A DNA stretch of 64,000 nucleotides from Eledone cirrhosa (GCA_964016885.1 OZ024742.1:91140001-91204000), one strand, 5' to 3'; shown: positions 25,183 to 39,800, numbered from the stretch's first letter. Notes: generated by a model from the letters alone, not told the origin. Numbers and translations: made by a program.

Positions 25183-26063
25183 CATTTGATAAAATATATA
25201 CAGTATTTCTTCTGCCAATCAGCATAATCAACTACACATAAAATCAATTAAACGAGGCTATAAGTTTAAAATGTACTTATGATTCCATGGACTTACTTTC
25301 TTATATATTGCTTTGATTGTTGATTATTTGGTTAATTAATTCGTCGTTGAGCCACACCGTGAATGGTTGCCAAAAACATATATATATATGGCTCTGTCTA
25401 GTTTATGTATATGTAAACCTCTATATTTTATATACTCCCGTATGGTTGAGTAAAACTTTAGGCAGTATTCGGCTGCGCTTTCTAGCAACCAGCCTACTTG
25501 CCGTCAGGCACCAATCACAAGCTTTCTGACTTGACCACTGGCCATGTGACAATTTCATTTTGAATTCGTTTCTGGCGGGGATCATTTAAGAAAACTCTTT
25601 GTACAATTGAGTTTGTTTCCTGATGATTTCGAAACTCGTTCATTTATCCATGATCGGATATTTCAAAAAAGCGAATGAAATCTCCGGGGGTAGAAACATG
25701 TATTTGGTATGTTTATGTACATTTTTTCTTCTAACTTTGATTGTGTACCTAATTGTGCATGGTTAACTATATGTCTAGTCAATTTCTACGGGCTATTAGA
25801 AATACTAGGTAAATCTTCTGTGGCTGTGGATCGCAGATAAAATAGCTATCATTTATTTATCTATTGTTTCTTCATAATACATTTTAAACTTATAGCCTCG
25901 TTTAATTGATTTTTTGTGTGGTTGATTATGCTGATTGGCAGAAGAAATACTGTATATATTTTATCAAATGATTCTATGGACTTACTTTCTTATATATTGC
26001 TCTGAGTGTTGATAATTTGGTTAATCAATTCGTCATTGAGTCACACCGTGAATGGTTGCTAAA

Positions 26064-26106
<43 letters not shown>

Positions 26107-26150
26107 TGCTCTGTATAGTTTATGTATAAGTAAACCTCTATATTTTATAT
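25178..26150 (+). mobile_element. Non-coding PLE-architecture element: 5' inverted segment plus two direct pLTR-like repeats
   Basis: 25178-25281 is the reverse complement of 25873-25975; 25280-25433 repeats at ~25970-26150. Confidence 0.75.
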
Positions 26151-26335
26151 ATATATATATATGAAAAAAGTCAGAAATCCGACGGCAGAGCTGTCGAAAC
26201 GGCTTGAGCTCTGCCGTTGCGGTTCTGACTATTTTCCTATTACCCACTCTACTACCCAAAGTATCGAGTACTCTGGTCTGTTATGGTCCACCTGGTTCTT
26301 TACCACACTTCCTTCATTATATATATAAATATAAG

Positions 26336-26523
26336 GGCGGTGGATTGGCAGTATCGGTAGAGGGTCGGACGCCATGTTTTCCAGCATAGTTACGTCCCTT
26401 TACGATCTGAGTTCAAATCCCGCCGAGGTTGACTTTGCCTTTCATCCTTACGGGGTCGATAAAATAAAGTACCAGTAATGCACTGGGTAATTGCTGGCCT
26501 TGTTCCTAAAGTAGAAACAATTA
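26336..26523 (+). mobile_element. Young SINE with TSD tatatataaatata
   Basis: Nearly identical to 45908-46097. Confidence 0.92.
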
Positions 26524-26591
26524 TATATATAAATATAGACAGAGTGAGAGAGACACATATACAGATAAAGAGAAAATGAGATCGTGTGTGT

Positions 26592-26678
<87 letters not shown>

Positions 26679-26848
26679 CGAGAGAGCGAGAGAGAGAGAG
26701 ATGTATACAGATAGAGACAGATAGGTGTATAGTGAGAGGGATATAGAAACATAAAGAAAAATAGATTCAGAGCAATGGTGGGAGATAGATATATAAATAG
26801 AATTTAAGTAAAGTAGAGAGATATAGAGAGACGTTATATGGATATATA

Positions 26849-27126
26849 AACCAGCAAGAGTTCCTGCTACAGAGTCACTGTGCTAGAAAGAGCAGTAAAA
26901 AATCCTCCCCCAATTCCGTTTTCAGAGAAAGCGTCAACGACGAGCATGTCGGAGGTTTTAGAGGCAGACAGAGTGAAACATATACAGATAGAGAGACAAT
27001 GATATAGGGAAGAGAGAATGAGAGACAGTATAGAGACAGAGACAGAGAGGGGGGTTGTGAAAGAGATAGAGAAACATAGAGAGGAACATCTAGACAGAAA
27101 GATAGAGAGAGAGAAGGAGAGGGGAA

Positions 27127-27197
<71 letters not shown>

Positions 27198-27433
27198 ATA
27201 TATAGAGAGACACATATATACAAATAGAGAAAGACGCATACAAATAGAGAGATAGAGAGACAGAGAGATATAGATAGAGGGTTATAGATAGAGAGAAATT
27301 ATATGAATGTATTAACCAGCAAGAATAACTGCCACAGAGTTACTCGGCTAGAAAGAGCAGTAAAATATCCTCATTTCTCTCCCCTCCGATTTTGTTTTCG
27401 GAGAAAAAGTCGATGTCGAAAATGTCAGAGGTC
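26849..27433 (+). repeat. Two diverged ~110-120-bp direct repeats separated by (GA)/(TA) tracts
   Basis: aaccagcaaga...agagt.act..gctagaaagagcagtaaaa...ttttc.gagaaa...atgtc.gaggt at ~26849 and ~27314. Confidence 0.75.
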
Positions 27434-27527
27434 AGGTTAATTAAAAACACAAGAAAAACCTTAATTATACAAAATTTTATTTACTAGTGTTATTAACAGT
27501 CAACTTACAAATAAACTTTTATTACAG

Positions 27528-27810
27528 ATATATTAGGAAAAAAAACGGGTAAGTTTCGTTTAGATGTATTAGTTTTTTTATTGCGTATCGACCTGTTACG
27601 CGCGTTTCACAAAAGATTGGCTGAAAAATATTTTAATTTTTTTTGTCACATCACCAGTCAGAAGAGCAGATCGATAATGGAGTCGGCCCATAACGCCTAG
27701 GGGTGAACTTGAGCAAACCCTCTGCGAAACGCGCGTAACAGGTCGATACGCAATAGAAAACTAATTCATGTGAACGAAACTTAAACTTCCCCGTTTTTTT
27801 CTAATATATA
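27528..27810 (+). mobile_element. PLE pLTR remnant with 5' inverted copy; HHR at 27654-27742 with one core change
   Basis: 27528-27610 inverted versus 27724-27810; ccagt-CAGAAGA-gcaga(~50 nt)tctgc-GAAA-cgcgcg-TA-acagg. Confidence 0.75.
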
Positions 27811-27947
27811 CACTCTGTCTGTGCATAGAGTGCTTGTTCTCGTACCACCATCAATAATTCACTGAATCACCTACACTCACCCACACACACGCACACGCAC
27901 ACGCACACGCACACGCACACACACACACATATATATATATATATTTA

Positions 27948-28168
27948 GTGATTTCTGATTTAGGCACAAGGCCAATGATTTTGGGGTGAGGGGAATGTCG
28001 ATTATTAAATCGACTCCAGTGTGCTACTGGTACTTTATTTTATCGACCTCGTAAGGATGAAAGGCAAAGCTAAGCTCGGCGGGATTTGAACTCAAAACGT
28101 AAAGGGCCGTAACTCAATGCCATAAAGCATATTGTCCGACGCTCCACCGGTACTGACAATTCATCGCT
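27948..28168 (-). mobile_element. SINE, longer subfamily
   Basis: Consensus match. Confidence 0.85.
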
Positions 28169-29910
28169 CTATCATTTATATACACTTATATCATGTATGT
28201 TATGTTGTTTAATTCTTGTTTAACACAATGACGAACACAATAATCATCAGCCCCATTACCACCACCGCTGTGAGTGCTTCTTCGATCAAGATGGTAGTGT
28301 CTGCACAATTGCTCGACCTGCTAGAAATAACAGTCGAATTTCCTTCAAATATAGTTCTACTGACTAAAACTGTGACGAATACAATGGATAATGTGGTCCT
28401 AGATAAAGTACACCTGAATAAAAGACTTGTAGGTTTGGAATAGAAATTTGTTCATTATAGATCTACTGATTTGTTCATAAACATCATCACGTTCATTACC
28501 ATGATCATTACTTCTAAAACCTTTAATTGACAATGGTTTTATACAAACTAATTATTACCACATCATTATCAGCAGAATCATCGTCATCACCACCACAAAC
28601 AACAACAACACCATCATCATTATAACCACCACCACAACAACAACAACACCATCACTAACACCATGATCAACCGTGTCTGCTAGTATCATACTGCCAGCAT
28701 ACAATCATTACGTCTACCAACAACAGTAATTCACCCCCACCATCCCTGCAATTACAACCCCTACACTTAGCACGAACACGAACACCAACACCAACACCAA
28801 CAGACCACTTAACTTCTCCCACTCTGTCTTTAACCAAAACCCTTATCTCCCTTCCCTTTACCAAAACTATGTCTAGTACAACAAATATCACAATCATCAC
28901 CACCTCTATCTAGCCACCACACCGCGTAAACCCACCCCAAACAACTGACGCTTATTATGTATATGTATGTTTGTGTGTATGTATGTTTGTGTGTTTCTGT
29001 TTGTACGTATGTGTGTATGTGTTTTTGTGCGTGTGTTTTTGTGTGTCTGTATTTGTATGTTTCAAGGTTATATGTGTATGTACATGTATGTGTATGTATA
29101 TATGTGGGGAGAGTGTATATGAATTATATGTGCGTGTGACGTCTGTGAGGGTATCAGTCAAAGATTCGATCCATTCGTTGAGTAGAAGAAACAAACGCAA
29201 GAGGGCGTTAGTTACTAGGCTGCAAAATAATTCTTAGCTACTATCAGACTGTTCTTACGATTGGTTGTCTTAACAGTCGCCATTTTGCAAAAGACACTTG
29301 TTGTGATCGGCTTCCGCTGATAAAGATGTCTTAAGTACTTCAGATGGTGATGTGAACTTTCGGTCTTATCAACTCATGACGTGAAGGAGTGGACAGGTTG
29401 GACAGAAGGATACAAGACTCACTGTATAGCAGGGAGAGGTAAGAAGGGGTTGTGCTGAGTGTGAAATAAAGTATAGTGGCAGGAAGGTCTGTAAAACGAG
29501 TTAAAAGTTAGTGAGTTTGTAATAAAGATAGAGTGGCTGCATAAATAGGTGTGAACTAATAAGAAAGAGGGTGCGGAAAGGAGAGAAACATAAAGATATA
29601 CAATCGGATCTGATAAGGAGTAAGTGAATAAGAGACAGACAGAAGGCGGGAAAACAGAATAGAGAGAGAGAGGGAAAACCGAGACACACAAGTAGAAAGA
29701 AGAAAAGGACAAGAAAGATAACAGAAAAGAAAGTGGGTTATAAATATATAAAGAAAGTTCCATATGTGAATGAAATATATGTCCATGTATGTTGTTCTCT
29801 CTCTCTCTCTTTTCTCCCTCTGACTGCCCCTTTCTGAATATATATATATATATATACATATATATAAACATGTGTGAGTGTGCGTGTGTGTGTGTGTGTA
29901 TGTATGTATG

Positions 29911-29967
<57 letters not shown>

Positions 29968-30039
29968 ATATATATGTGTGTGTGCGTGTGTGTGTGTGTA
30001 TACAGACAAGTGGGTGCAAACGAAAGAAAAAAGCAATCA

Positions 30040-31170
30040 ACACATGATGTTGGATTCGAGCTGAAAATCTGTCTCACTCGTCTAATCGATAAAGCATTAA
30101 GTCTGATCTGGTATATGTACTAGAAGGCCTAAATTGTTTCGATAACCCAACAACCAACAAATCAGCTAAGGTGTATGGTTTCAAATCACAGAAAAACTCA
30201 CTTCAGATTAAGGAACTCAAAAGCTTCGAAGTGGACCTAATGTATCTAAGTAAAAATCTAAGGCTTCGACAACGTTCTATTCCCTTCTTCTTCTTCTTCT
30301 TCTTCTTCTTCTTGAGATGGTCGTGGGGGGCAGAGTCGTCAAACACTCCTTCAAGCGGGTCCTGTCAGAAGCAACCGTCTCCAACAGATCCGTCTTGATC
30401 CCCAAGCGTGACCATCCAAGCCCATGGATGTTATTCAATCATATTGTTCAGGGTGTACCTCTGGGTCTCATGCCGGTTGGTTTTGCCTGTAAAATCTGTC
30501 CAGCGATTCTTTCTTGAGACATTCTAACCACATGCCCTTCTCAAATTCCCTAATTAATTATACTACACGCATGAAACAATCCAAATATGTACACTCACGC
30601 CGACAGAACAAATGACATCTACGAATCAAAAACACCACCATGCAAACTGAATCCTGAGAAAGAATCGCTAATGAATGCAAAAAAATACATGCCGAAACAT
30701 ACGATGATATAAATCGAAGTCACTCTTCGTAGTAGATGACCGTGTGGACAGCCTCATTACACGCCCTCTTTTGTCAACCCTTAAAAATCAGAAACGAATA
30801 TTTCTTTTTCATCCATAAGTGCAGGTTGGTTAGCCCTTCTATGGGAAGAATAGGTAGGGTTTGTAACCATATCCTCGACAAAATGATCTCCGAAATCAGG
30901 ACGACTCATCTAGTCATATGGGACTCCAGAAGCATGGTCAACAGCTGGTTTCGCAACATCGAGAATAAGGCAGCTTGCAGATCCACCAGTTTGACATCAT
31001 AGACTTTTATCATTCCGTATCGAAAACCTTCCTACTGAAATCCCTAGATGTCGGGAAACTATCAACTAGGATAAACAACTTCGTTATCAGAAAACTTCAG
31101 ATTGTCAGGAAGTCACTTCCGTTCCACGACAACTCATACTGGGTAAAATATGAAAAGAGTTCGTTGTAAA
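30040..31170 (+). pseudogene. Naiad-like PLE reverse transcriptase N-terminal fragment
   Basis: YGFKS...IKELKSFEVDL; KCRLVSPS..RIGRVCNHILDKM...W......SWFRNIENK; QFDIIDFYHSVSK...RKSLPFHD..WVK. Confidence 0.75.
30283..30540 (-). mobile_element. RTE-type 3' end with (GAA)n tail, nested in the PLE RT
   Basis: Minus strand AKPTGMRPRGTP (G.RPRGRP-like terminal motif) followed by (AAG)n. Confidence 0.55.
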
Positions 31171-31488
31171 AACTATGAATGTCAAATCATCACTTCGTTC
31201 AAAATGACAGACTGCATGGGTACACTCATCTATAATGTGCTCAAATATATTCATAAAGCACCTATTAGCTGTCATAATGTCCATCTTCTTTAGAATAAAC
31301 GATGTTAAAAGGTATTTGAATATTGCATAACATAACCTTAAGAATTCTACGAAAATGATAAAACATTTACAGGACTGGCTACCTCCAGGCATCATTTGTG
31401 AGAGATTTTGTTGATGACATTATTTAATGTGATGTTTTGGTGGGGCAAGGATTGCTCTTTCATACAGTCACTCCTAACAATACAAAAC

Positions 31489-31671
31489 AATTGTTTCTAC
31501 TTTAGGCACAAGGCCAGCAATTACCCAGTGCATTACTGTTACTTTATTTTATCGACCCCGTAAGGATGAAAGGCAAAGTCAACCTCGGCGGGATTTGAAC
31601 TCAGATATTAAAGGGACGTAACTATGCTGGAAAGCATGACGTCCGACCCTCTACCGATACTGCCAATCCAC
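31489..31671 (-). mobile_element. SINE
   Basis: Consensus match. Confidence 0.9.
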
Positions 31672-31873
31672 AATGAAGAATCAAAATATGCTTCAGTATA
31701 AAGGGATTGCTTTTCTATAAATTTAAACGTCCGAGAGGTGCCTATCTGTACCTCCGAGTGTCCCTCTCCATTCCCGTCTCTGTTAATCGCACAGAAGAAA
31801 TCTCGGGGGCTGGGAAAATCCGAGGTTTTTTCCCTGCCCCACACATTTCATTTTCGGAAAAGAATGTGATATA

Positions 31874-32050
31874 TAATTGTTTCTACTTTTGGCACAAGGC
31901 CGACAAATACCCAGTACATTACTGGTACTTTATTTTATCGACCCCGTAAGGATGAAAGGCAAAGTTAAACTCGGCGGGATTTGTAATCAGTCCGTAAAGG
32001 GACATAACTCTATGCTGGAAAGCATGGCGTCCAACTCTCTACCGATATGT
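31874..32050 (-). mobile_element. SINE
   Basis: Consensus match. Confidence 0.88.
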
Positions 32051-32524
32051 CAAATAAAGAAAGAAAATGTATCCTACGAAAACTATAAAATATTTACAGT
32101 ACATCTACTTAGACTCCACTTCCTTCTCTCCCAGCTTTCTATGACGTCTGCCGTCGCTTGCGGTGTTGTGCAAACATATGCTGGATGCACTTATGTCTGT
32201 TTTAGAAACACATCTGTGTATAAAATACCACGTCACATATGTAGAGCACTGTATATACTAGAATGACAGATAACATCGCTACGAACAATACCATCACGAC
32301 GAACAACAATATGGCTGAGAGTAAGAACCTCATGTTCTGCTGTTAAATACACCTACGGTAGAGTCCCACATATGCAATATAGGGAGATGAAAAACTTCGA
32401 TTTACCAATATTATCGATGCACGTAGTAGATAAAATCTCCTGCTTGGCGCGCTTAAATTTTAAAAGTATCAACCAGAGGAGATAACTCCCATAAGAACAG
32501 TTAACTGAATTTGTTAGAATCATT

Positions 32525-32620
32525 AATTGTTTCTACTTTTGGCACAAGGCCAGCAATTACAGTGTATAACTGGTACTTTATTTTATCGACCCCGTAAGGA
32601 TGAAAGGCAAAGTTACCCTC
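32525..32620 (-). mobile_element. 5'-truncated SINE
   Basis: 3' half of consensus. Confidence 0.85.
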
Positions 32621-33622
32621 ACCACGTAACCACTATCTCTACAACATCATTAATATTATAACCGACACTAATAAAAACGGGAGAGCCTCCGTGTGGTTAC
32701 TTAATCTGTTAGTAATAGCAGCTAAATTTCCTCAGTTCATGCACTATCATCTGAAGTAAATCAAAACAAATTAGAGGAAGTAATCTTATGTAACACTAAA
32801 ATTTATGAGGATCACAGCTAGTATGGGGTCTAAAGAATATTATTGCTAATACCAACACCAACACCAACACCAACACCACTATCATCTCTAGGTGAGAGAG
32901 TTTGATCGGCCCGAAATGACAGTCAAATACCATTGAAATCACATTCCACCTTTTTTTTAAATATATGACGGGATAATCTTGGCGAGAATACCCTTTACGA
33001 TACGTATGCTCGATCAAAATGAACTGTAGCTAAACAATAATAGTACCATCCTCTGTAACACCAAATATAATCACCACCATCTACAATACTATCACATATG
33101 CCAATGATAAATAGGGAGCAATTCACCTTCAAATTACACTGCACCATTAAAAAAAGTTGACAGGACCCATTGGATAACGTAATCCGTTCATCATTATTAT
33201 CCTCCTTTCGGCGACCACATTCTTTATGCTTATGTTTAGATTTGTTGATGCTTTTCTTGTATATTGCTTTTATTTTTTCATTCTTTAATTCATCTATCCA
33301 TGCATTCCAGACATTATCACCATCTCTTCCACCCTCCTACTTCTTTTACCACCTATTTCACAATCTTCCTGCTCTCAATAAAACTTTCTTCAGGGCAGTA
33401 TTGTGTGTCAAAACACTTAGCTGACACTGCCACCATATAATGCATAAAAAGATGTACTAATGATATGATGAGGGCGTTCTATTACTAAACCTATTAAAAG
33501 AATAAAATAATAAAATATATTACTATCTTTCAGAATATTTCTGAAGCAAAGCAAAAAGTAGATATATAAATAAACAGGAATTCATGGTAATTAATTTTAT
33601 TATTATTACAATCATTATTATT

Positions 33623-33938
33623 AATGCACTGGGATAATTGCTGGCCTTGTGCCTAAAGTAGAAACAATTATTATTAAAATGATGAATTGGCGAATTCATT
33701 AGTGTGTCGGACAAACGCTTAGCATTTTTGCTCCGGGCCTTTGATTTTTGATTTCAACTCTCGCCAAGATTAACTTTACCTTTCATCCTTCTAAGTTTGA
33801 CGAAATAATGTATGTAACACTAAAGAACTGGGGTGGATAAAATGTAACATTAAAGAACTGGGGTGGATATAATGTAACACTAAAGAACTGGGTTGGAAAT
33901 AATGTAACACTAAAGAACTGGGGTGGATATAATCGACG
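33623..33938 (+). mobile_element. SINE tail plus degenerate SINE with an internal 4x30-bp tandem repeat (33812-33932)
   Basis: atgtaacactaaagaactggggtggatata repeated four times. Confidence 0.75.
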
Positions 33939-34606
33939 AAATACAATTGCTGTGTAATTTAGAAATTATTATTTTTATTTCTATTTATCTCAAATAGGAT
34001 CATAGGATAAGAACATATGCGTTAATAGCAGACCACAACCAGTAATCTTCAGTATACGCTTATCTTTTTCTAGATGTTTATCACCTGAATGATTCTTGTT
34101 CTCAGCAACAACTCCATTGGACAGTCTATGCCGCTTTTCTTATCCAAATGGCAATTTTATCGCTGACTGTTCTAAGTGAAGCAATCACATGTGGTATCGT
34201 TGTGAATTTGTTCAACTTCCACAGCCGAGCTATGTTGTACTTTAATTTCCCTAGTTGCTTTTGCTCTGATTTGGTATCAAATGGGCATGATGGTTCTAGG
34301 AACAGAACTTCTTTTTAGATCTTATTTTAAAGTTTCTACTCTAGACTATCATAATTTAGTATAAACTTCCAAAGATTGACTACATAAATGTATCTTGTTA
34401 CTATTGCAATAGAAACGGCAGTGAAGCAGTGATTGCTGGACTGTAGATTTGCAACTAACTATAATTTACATATGCATATAATTTCCACATTTTCTTTGTT
34501 AGTTAGAGTGACCTCCCAATCTTCGACAAAACTCACAACACAAAAAGACTCTCTTTTTCTCTCAATGTCTCACACTCAACATGCCTCATTGTTTTATTCA
34601 AATGTA

Positions 34607-34671
<65 letters not shown>

Positions 34672-36433
34672 TCTCTCGCCTTCTCTTTATTTTTTTCTAT
34701 TTAACCTTTACTCTTCCTTCTGACAATGAAAAATGCAATGTCATTAAGATTATGAGGTCATTCAGCACGAAAGATATTTCCCAGTAAGCACACACTCGCA
34801 CATATATACGCCCACATACAGAATTACGAACATCTGCACCAACACTTACAAACAAATAACGTATGTATCACTCATATATGAGTTAGAAACAAACATACTC
34901 CTTACACACACATACACACATATATATACATATCACCTTGTATTTATATAATGGTTCAAAGTCCCACCCATAGTTACTTTGCGTTTCATCCACCCGTGTC
35001 GATAAATAGAAGTACCAGTCATATACTTGGGTCTATCTCATCAGTTATGCTTCTACTAAAATGTGCAGTCTTGCGCCAATATTATCATCATCATCGTCAT
35101 TATCGCCATTAGGGCTGCAAATGTCATACACTGTAGAAATACAGCTAAAAACACTCAGCATCGTTAAATTACCCCCATATTATATTCTAAATTCAAATTC
35201 GATTATGGTACTTTTTATCGTACGAAAAAGTGCAAGTCATAAAATCGAACAGATTGAATTGATTTTATACACTTCATCTTTCCTACAAATTATCTTTGTG
35301 AAATTATACATCATCAAAAAGTTTTTAAAATGGTTGACGATGAAATCAGTGCCACTGTCACATTAAAACCCCAATATATATATTAGGGTGAGAATATTTA
35401 GATTAATTGATGTTGAAGGATCAATGGGAAATGACTCCTGTTTTATATTTGTCCACTTAACCATCTTCTCTTTAATATGGTGGTCGTTCAGTATTTGCTC
35501 TCTTAGATTATCTTCGAGTAGTTCTTTTTGTTGATTACGATAGAAATAGGAGAGGAGTTAGATTTGACAGCTTAGTGGGTATAGGAGGAGCAGGTGGAAG
35601 TGTTTAGTTGAATTTCAGCTTGACGTGGGCAACAGGGCGTTGGAGTGGTTAGGTAAGAGATGTGGTATTAGTTACCTACCCCTTTCTTCGGCCACATCTG
35701 CAGGGTGCACGTTATTTATCTTTTTCTACATAGACGTTGGAAAGAGAGGATATGAAATATACCATGTGCCAACTCTCTCCACGGCGCATGATGCAAGGTA
35801 GTAACAGTTTTCGAATAATTCTAGCAATTTTAATTTACTTATATTGTGTAATTTAGTTTTTAATTCTAATTTATTTAGTTAGTTTAATTATTTATTTCAC
35901 TTTTGAGTATCAAACATTTGTGTCTTGAGAATTTAATTTCATAACTGAGAATTGATTTAGTGTCTGTAATTTTATTTTATAACATGGAATATAATCATAA
36001 GTTACTGTAAAGAATAAAAACAATTTTAAGCATTTCGATTTCTGTTTTGTTCTGTATTACTTATTTAATAGTTAGGTTAATTATTAATTCATTTTTTTTT
36101 TTGGCGGGGGGGGGGGGTCTTATAGATAGTGGGTTGATTGGGTTTAATTGGGTTTGGTTTCAGTTCTGTTCTGTTTAAATGGTAGCTAATTTCGTTTCTG
36201 TTCTGTTTCAATAAATGCATCATCGTTAATTTAATTGTTTGATTGAAGGTCAGTATTTGGTTTTGGTTCATAGTTAATTGCAGGTTTTTCTTTGTGGGCA
36301 AGACCTCAGTTGAATTTAATATGGTTAAGTTTCAGTTCTGTTTATGTTGGGTGTGGACAGGACCTATGGTTTAAATAATGATTCGATGTTAGTTGTTTAT
36401 ATAATCGATGATGCATTATAATTTGTTTTTAAA

Positions 36434-36608
36434 GGGCGGTGAATTGGCAGTATCGGTGGAGAGTCGAATGCCATGCTTTCCAGCATAGTTACCTTTCTTT
36501 ACGATCTGAGTTCAAATCCCGTCGAGGTTAACTTTGCCTTTCATCCTTACCGGGTCAGTAATGTACTGGGTAATTTCTGGCCTTGTGCCAAAAAGTAGAA
36601 ACAATTAT
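36434..36608 (+). mobile_element. SINE
   Basis: Consensus match with small internal deletion. Confidence 0.88.
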
Positions 36609-37439
36609 AATTTATTTTCGTTTTTTTCTTCTTCTGTTTTATTCAAATGTTAATTTGATTGTTGATCCAAACAAATTATTTGGTTTTCATTAACTGTTAT
36701 TTACAAGTTTTTAATGAGTGGGATGCAGTCGATTGAGTGTAATGTAGTTTGATTTCAGTTCTGTTTTGTTTTTGTGGTATATATGGATAAGCATTGTAAA
36801 TTTGATAGTTGATATGGTTAGGCTTTGAATGGACTACTGGTTACAGGACGAACTTTTGGCCACTGCAATTGAACAGAAAACAGGTAATGAGGACAACAAC
36901 AATGTTTATAGCCTTCATATAGTATTTAGGGTAAGTTTTGTTATGAATACCATTGTTGTTCTTGCCTGGGAGTGTGTTTTGGTTCTTGTTCACATGCACA
37001 TAGTAAATTTCATTTTTACTATATATTTTCTATGGTATATCTATAATAGCTTAGGTCCGGTTCATATGATTTGACGGTAATTTGTTTACTATATAGATAG
37101 TAATTTAATATTGTTTTGGAGTCGCTTATTTCATGTTTAGTGAGATTGGAGCATATAATATAATATATATAATATATGTATATATATATAGGTAGTAACA
37201 TTCTTTTAGGGAAACTAGTGGTGGTCTGTGTCGGTAAGATTTATATTTATTTGTGCATTTTTATGATACTGGAAGAGGAGCTTCTAATATTTCCGTACAA
37301 AGGCCTTCTTTCCTTCGTTCTTAGTTCACGACACAACCACTGCATTAAAAATGCCAGAGCCTGAAGGTGAAATCGAAGCTGATAATAGTTTTCATTTTCT
37401 GTTTTGAAACATTTAAGAAATTAAAAGCGTATTCTATTC

Positions 37440-38170
37440 CAATAAATGACTAATTGATGACCGCATCCATACTTCGGAGATTGACGATATGCTACTGTAC
37501 CGAAAAGGAGAAAAACATATTCTATATCTTGATAAGAGCTATATTCAAGAAATCTCCTAATTCAAAAAATTTCATTTTATTGGTGGATTTCAATATTATG
37601 ATTGGAAGTGATAGACGACCTAAAAACACTTTTGAGCGTTTTGCTGTGGGAAAGAGAAATAATAATTACCTCATACTCCGAGGATAATAGTATGGTCTTT
37701 ATATTGCCAACACTCATTTTACTATTACACAGCAACGTGGGTACATTCAAAGTCGAAAGCTTGGTAATTACCAAATTATATAATTACGTGTCCTTATATT
37801 GAGTTGGACGAACCATTGTTTAGGATGAAGAACATTCCAGATGACGATTAGGATAAAAGAAAGGTGAGGGCCAGTTAAGGCCCGTTGTCCATAAGATATT
37901 TGAATGTCTGCAAGATATCTGAATGTCAGCAAGATATACGAGTGGTGCTCCTGCTGTAATAAAGGACACAGAAAATTATTTTTATGGTATGGAATATAAG
38001 AAAATATACAAGAGTTTCGAGACCAGGGTTTCCAATGCGCTGCCGAAACACAAGGGTATTCTACATTCAGTCCGTAACACACAAGCCGCCCCTGATGCTT
38101 GTGACAGTAAGATCATCTCACGAGGAATATTATCTGCCTGAAAGTTCATCATCGGCTCCTTTACTTAATC
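37440..38170 (+). pseudogene. Highly degenerate RTE-type APE endonuclease fragment
   Basis: EKNIFY......FILLVDFNIMIGSD......FAVGKRNNN (LLGDFNARVG.D...G..N.NG pattern). Confidence 0.5.
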
Positions 38171-38981
38171 ATGACTCAACTCTTCATTAAAGTAACAGAT
38201 GTCATATTTCACTGAATGAAATACTTTTCCAGAGTGAGTCTCTTGTGGCTGACACAATATAATTGAACCCATTAAACAAAAGCCTATCGCCACCTTCTTA
38301 TCCATTGCCGCTGCAGCAGATGAGATAATAGCAGTAAATTTAATCTTGTTAAGATTTCTGGGTAAAGATGGAATCTGTACTGTGAGTTTACGCTTTGGAA
38401 GTAATCGCATCCCACGTACTCTTCATGAACTTATTAGTAGATAGGTGGTTCTCTTTCCAGAGACTAGAAATATATAATTACCCTTCATCCTACTAAAAGA
38501 AATATGTACCAGAAGGTAATTGATGACAAGTACTCTTCTACCTAAATTATTTGAAAATCCTCATAGACCGAGTAAAACCCTTATGAGAAGAACATGGCCC
38601 GTGAATTATATTTATGCATCTTTTGTCACATTTAGACTCGGCATCAGCCTAGACAGCAATCATGTCTTTGCATATGTATTTATATTGACGATAGTAAGCG
38701 AGAAAGATAGATGTAAAAGAACGAAAGGATCGAGAGGGAAATGTATGTGTTTGCATGTTCTTCTGGTTTTATAAATTTGTTTACCAATAGAGAGAGAATC
38801 GGTTTCTAACATAGATATAAGACTCTCTCATTGGAATTTAAACATCAGCTAGGTAGATATGTATGCATGTTTTCATGCATGTGTGTGCAGGTATGGATGT
38901 TAATGTATGTGTGGGTGTGTATGTTTTGAGTTGTATGTGTGCATGTTCATATGCTTTGTACCTGTACATGTGTATATGAAG

Positions 38982-39371
38982 TTATTCGATGCAGAATTTT
39001 TGGAATATTTTACATATTTTCACTGTTCCAATAATGGATTGTTCTAATTTCCAAACTATTCGTGTTCTTTCTGTGAAGCCCAGCGTCTCAAGATTTGTAC
39101 TGAGGCAGTTACTAACATATCCCAGTGCCTCAATAATCACAGACATTAATCTGAAGGTATAATCAGGGTGGAGTATCTGCAGATTTCTCATCAGTTCTGC
39201 ATAGATATTCTCCTTTTCGCTGATCTTTAATATTATATTAGCATCTGCTGGGCAACTAACTTCTACTACTGTGCTAGCCTTCTTTTCCCTGTCCCATATC
39301 ATTATATCTGGTCTGTTATGTTTGCATTTTATTGGAGTTTTGACTGGAACATTCCACCAGTACGCTTTCAT
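38982..39371 (-). pseudogene. RLE-type (R4-like) non-LTR 3' end associated with (CATA)n
   Basis: YWWNVPVKT..KCKHNRPDIMIWD....VVEVSCPAD...EKENIY...IIEALGYV. Confidence 0.8.
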
Positions 39372-39394
39372 ATTATGTATGTATGATGTATGTA

Positions 39395-39800
39395 TATATG
39401 TCGGATCGTCGGCGGCAAAACCGGCAACCCCACCAAGTTTACTTGGTGAGGAGGGTCATTTTGGACACCCTGCAGGACAAAAAGCAAAACCTGACAAAGG
39501 GTGGAAGAACTCTTATGATTCAACGGCCATTCAAAAATGTGTAAAGATGTATATACATGTGTATATATGTATGTACATGTATGCGCGGGGGACATAGAAA
39601 TAATCAGGCTGGATATCCGATCGAGCGGTTAAACTACTGAGAGTGAAAGACCCCTAGTCTTTGTCAGAGCATTCTTACAGGAGAAGGCAACTCAGGAAAC
39701 TGGTATAACTCCGACATAAAACCTGCGGCTTACTAGTTACCGATGATGTTGATCTTTTCTTCTTTTCGGCCATACACGATAATGAGGGACAGCCATCATC
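39395..39800 (+). mobile_element. Non-coding retroelement 5'-UTR-like repeat; inverted copy at ~46140-46540
   Basis: Shared ggcaacccca..aagtttacttgg.gagg.ggg...ctgcaggacaaaaa.caaaacctgacaaaggg...ggagaaggcaactcaggaaactgg; flanked by (TATG)n. Confidence 0.7.

Noticed and set aside
29345-29378. Minus-strand TTGATAA-gacc-GAAA
   Set aside because: No stem II and no stem I pairing
33812-33932. Four 30-bp repeats resembling a CRISPR array
   Set aside because: Head-to-tail with no spacers, inside a SINE, eukaryotic context, no cas genes
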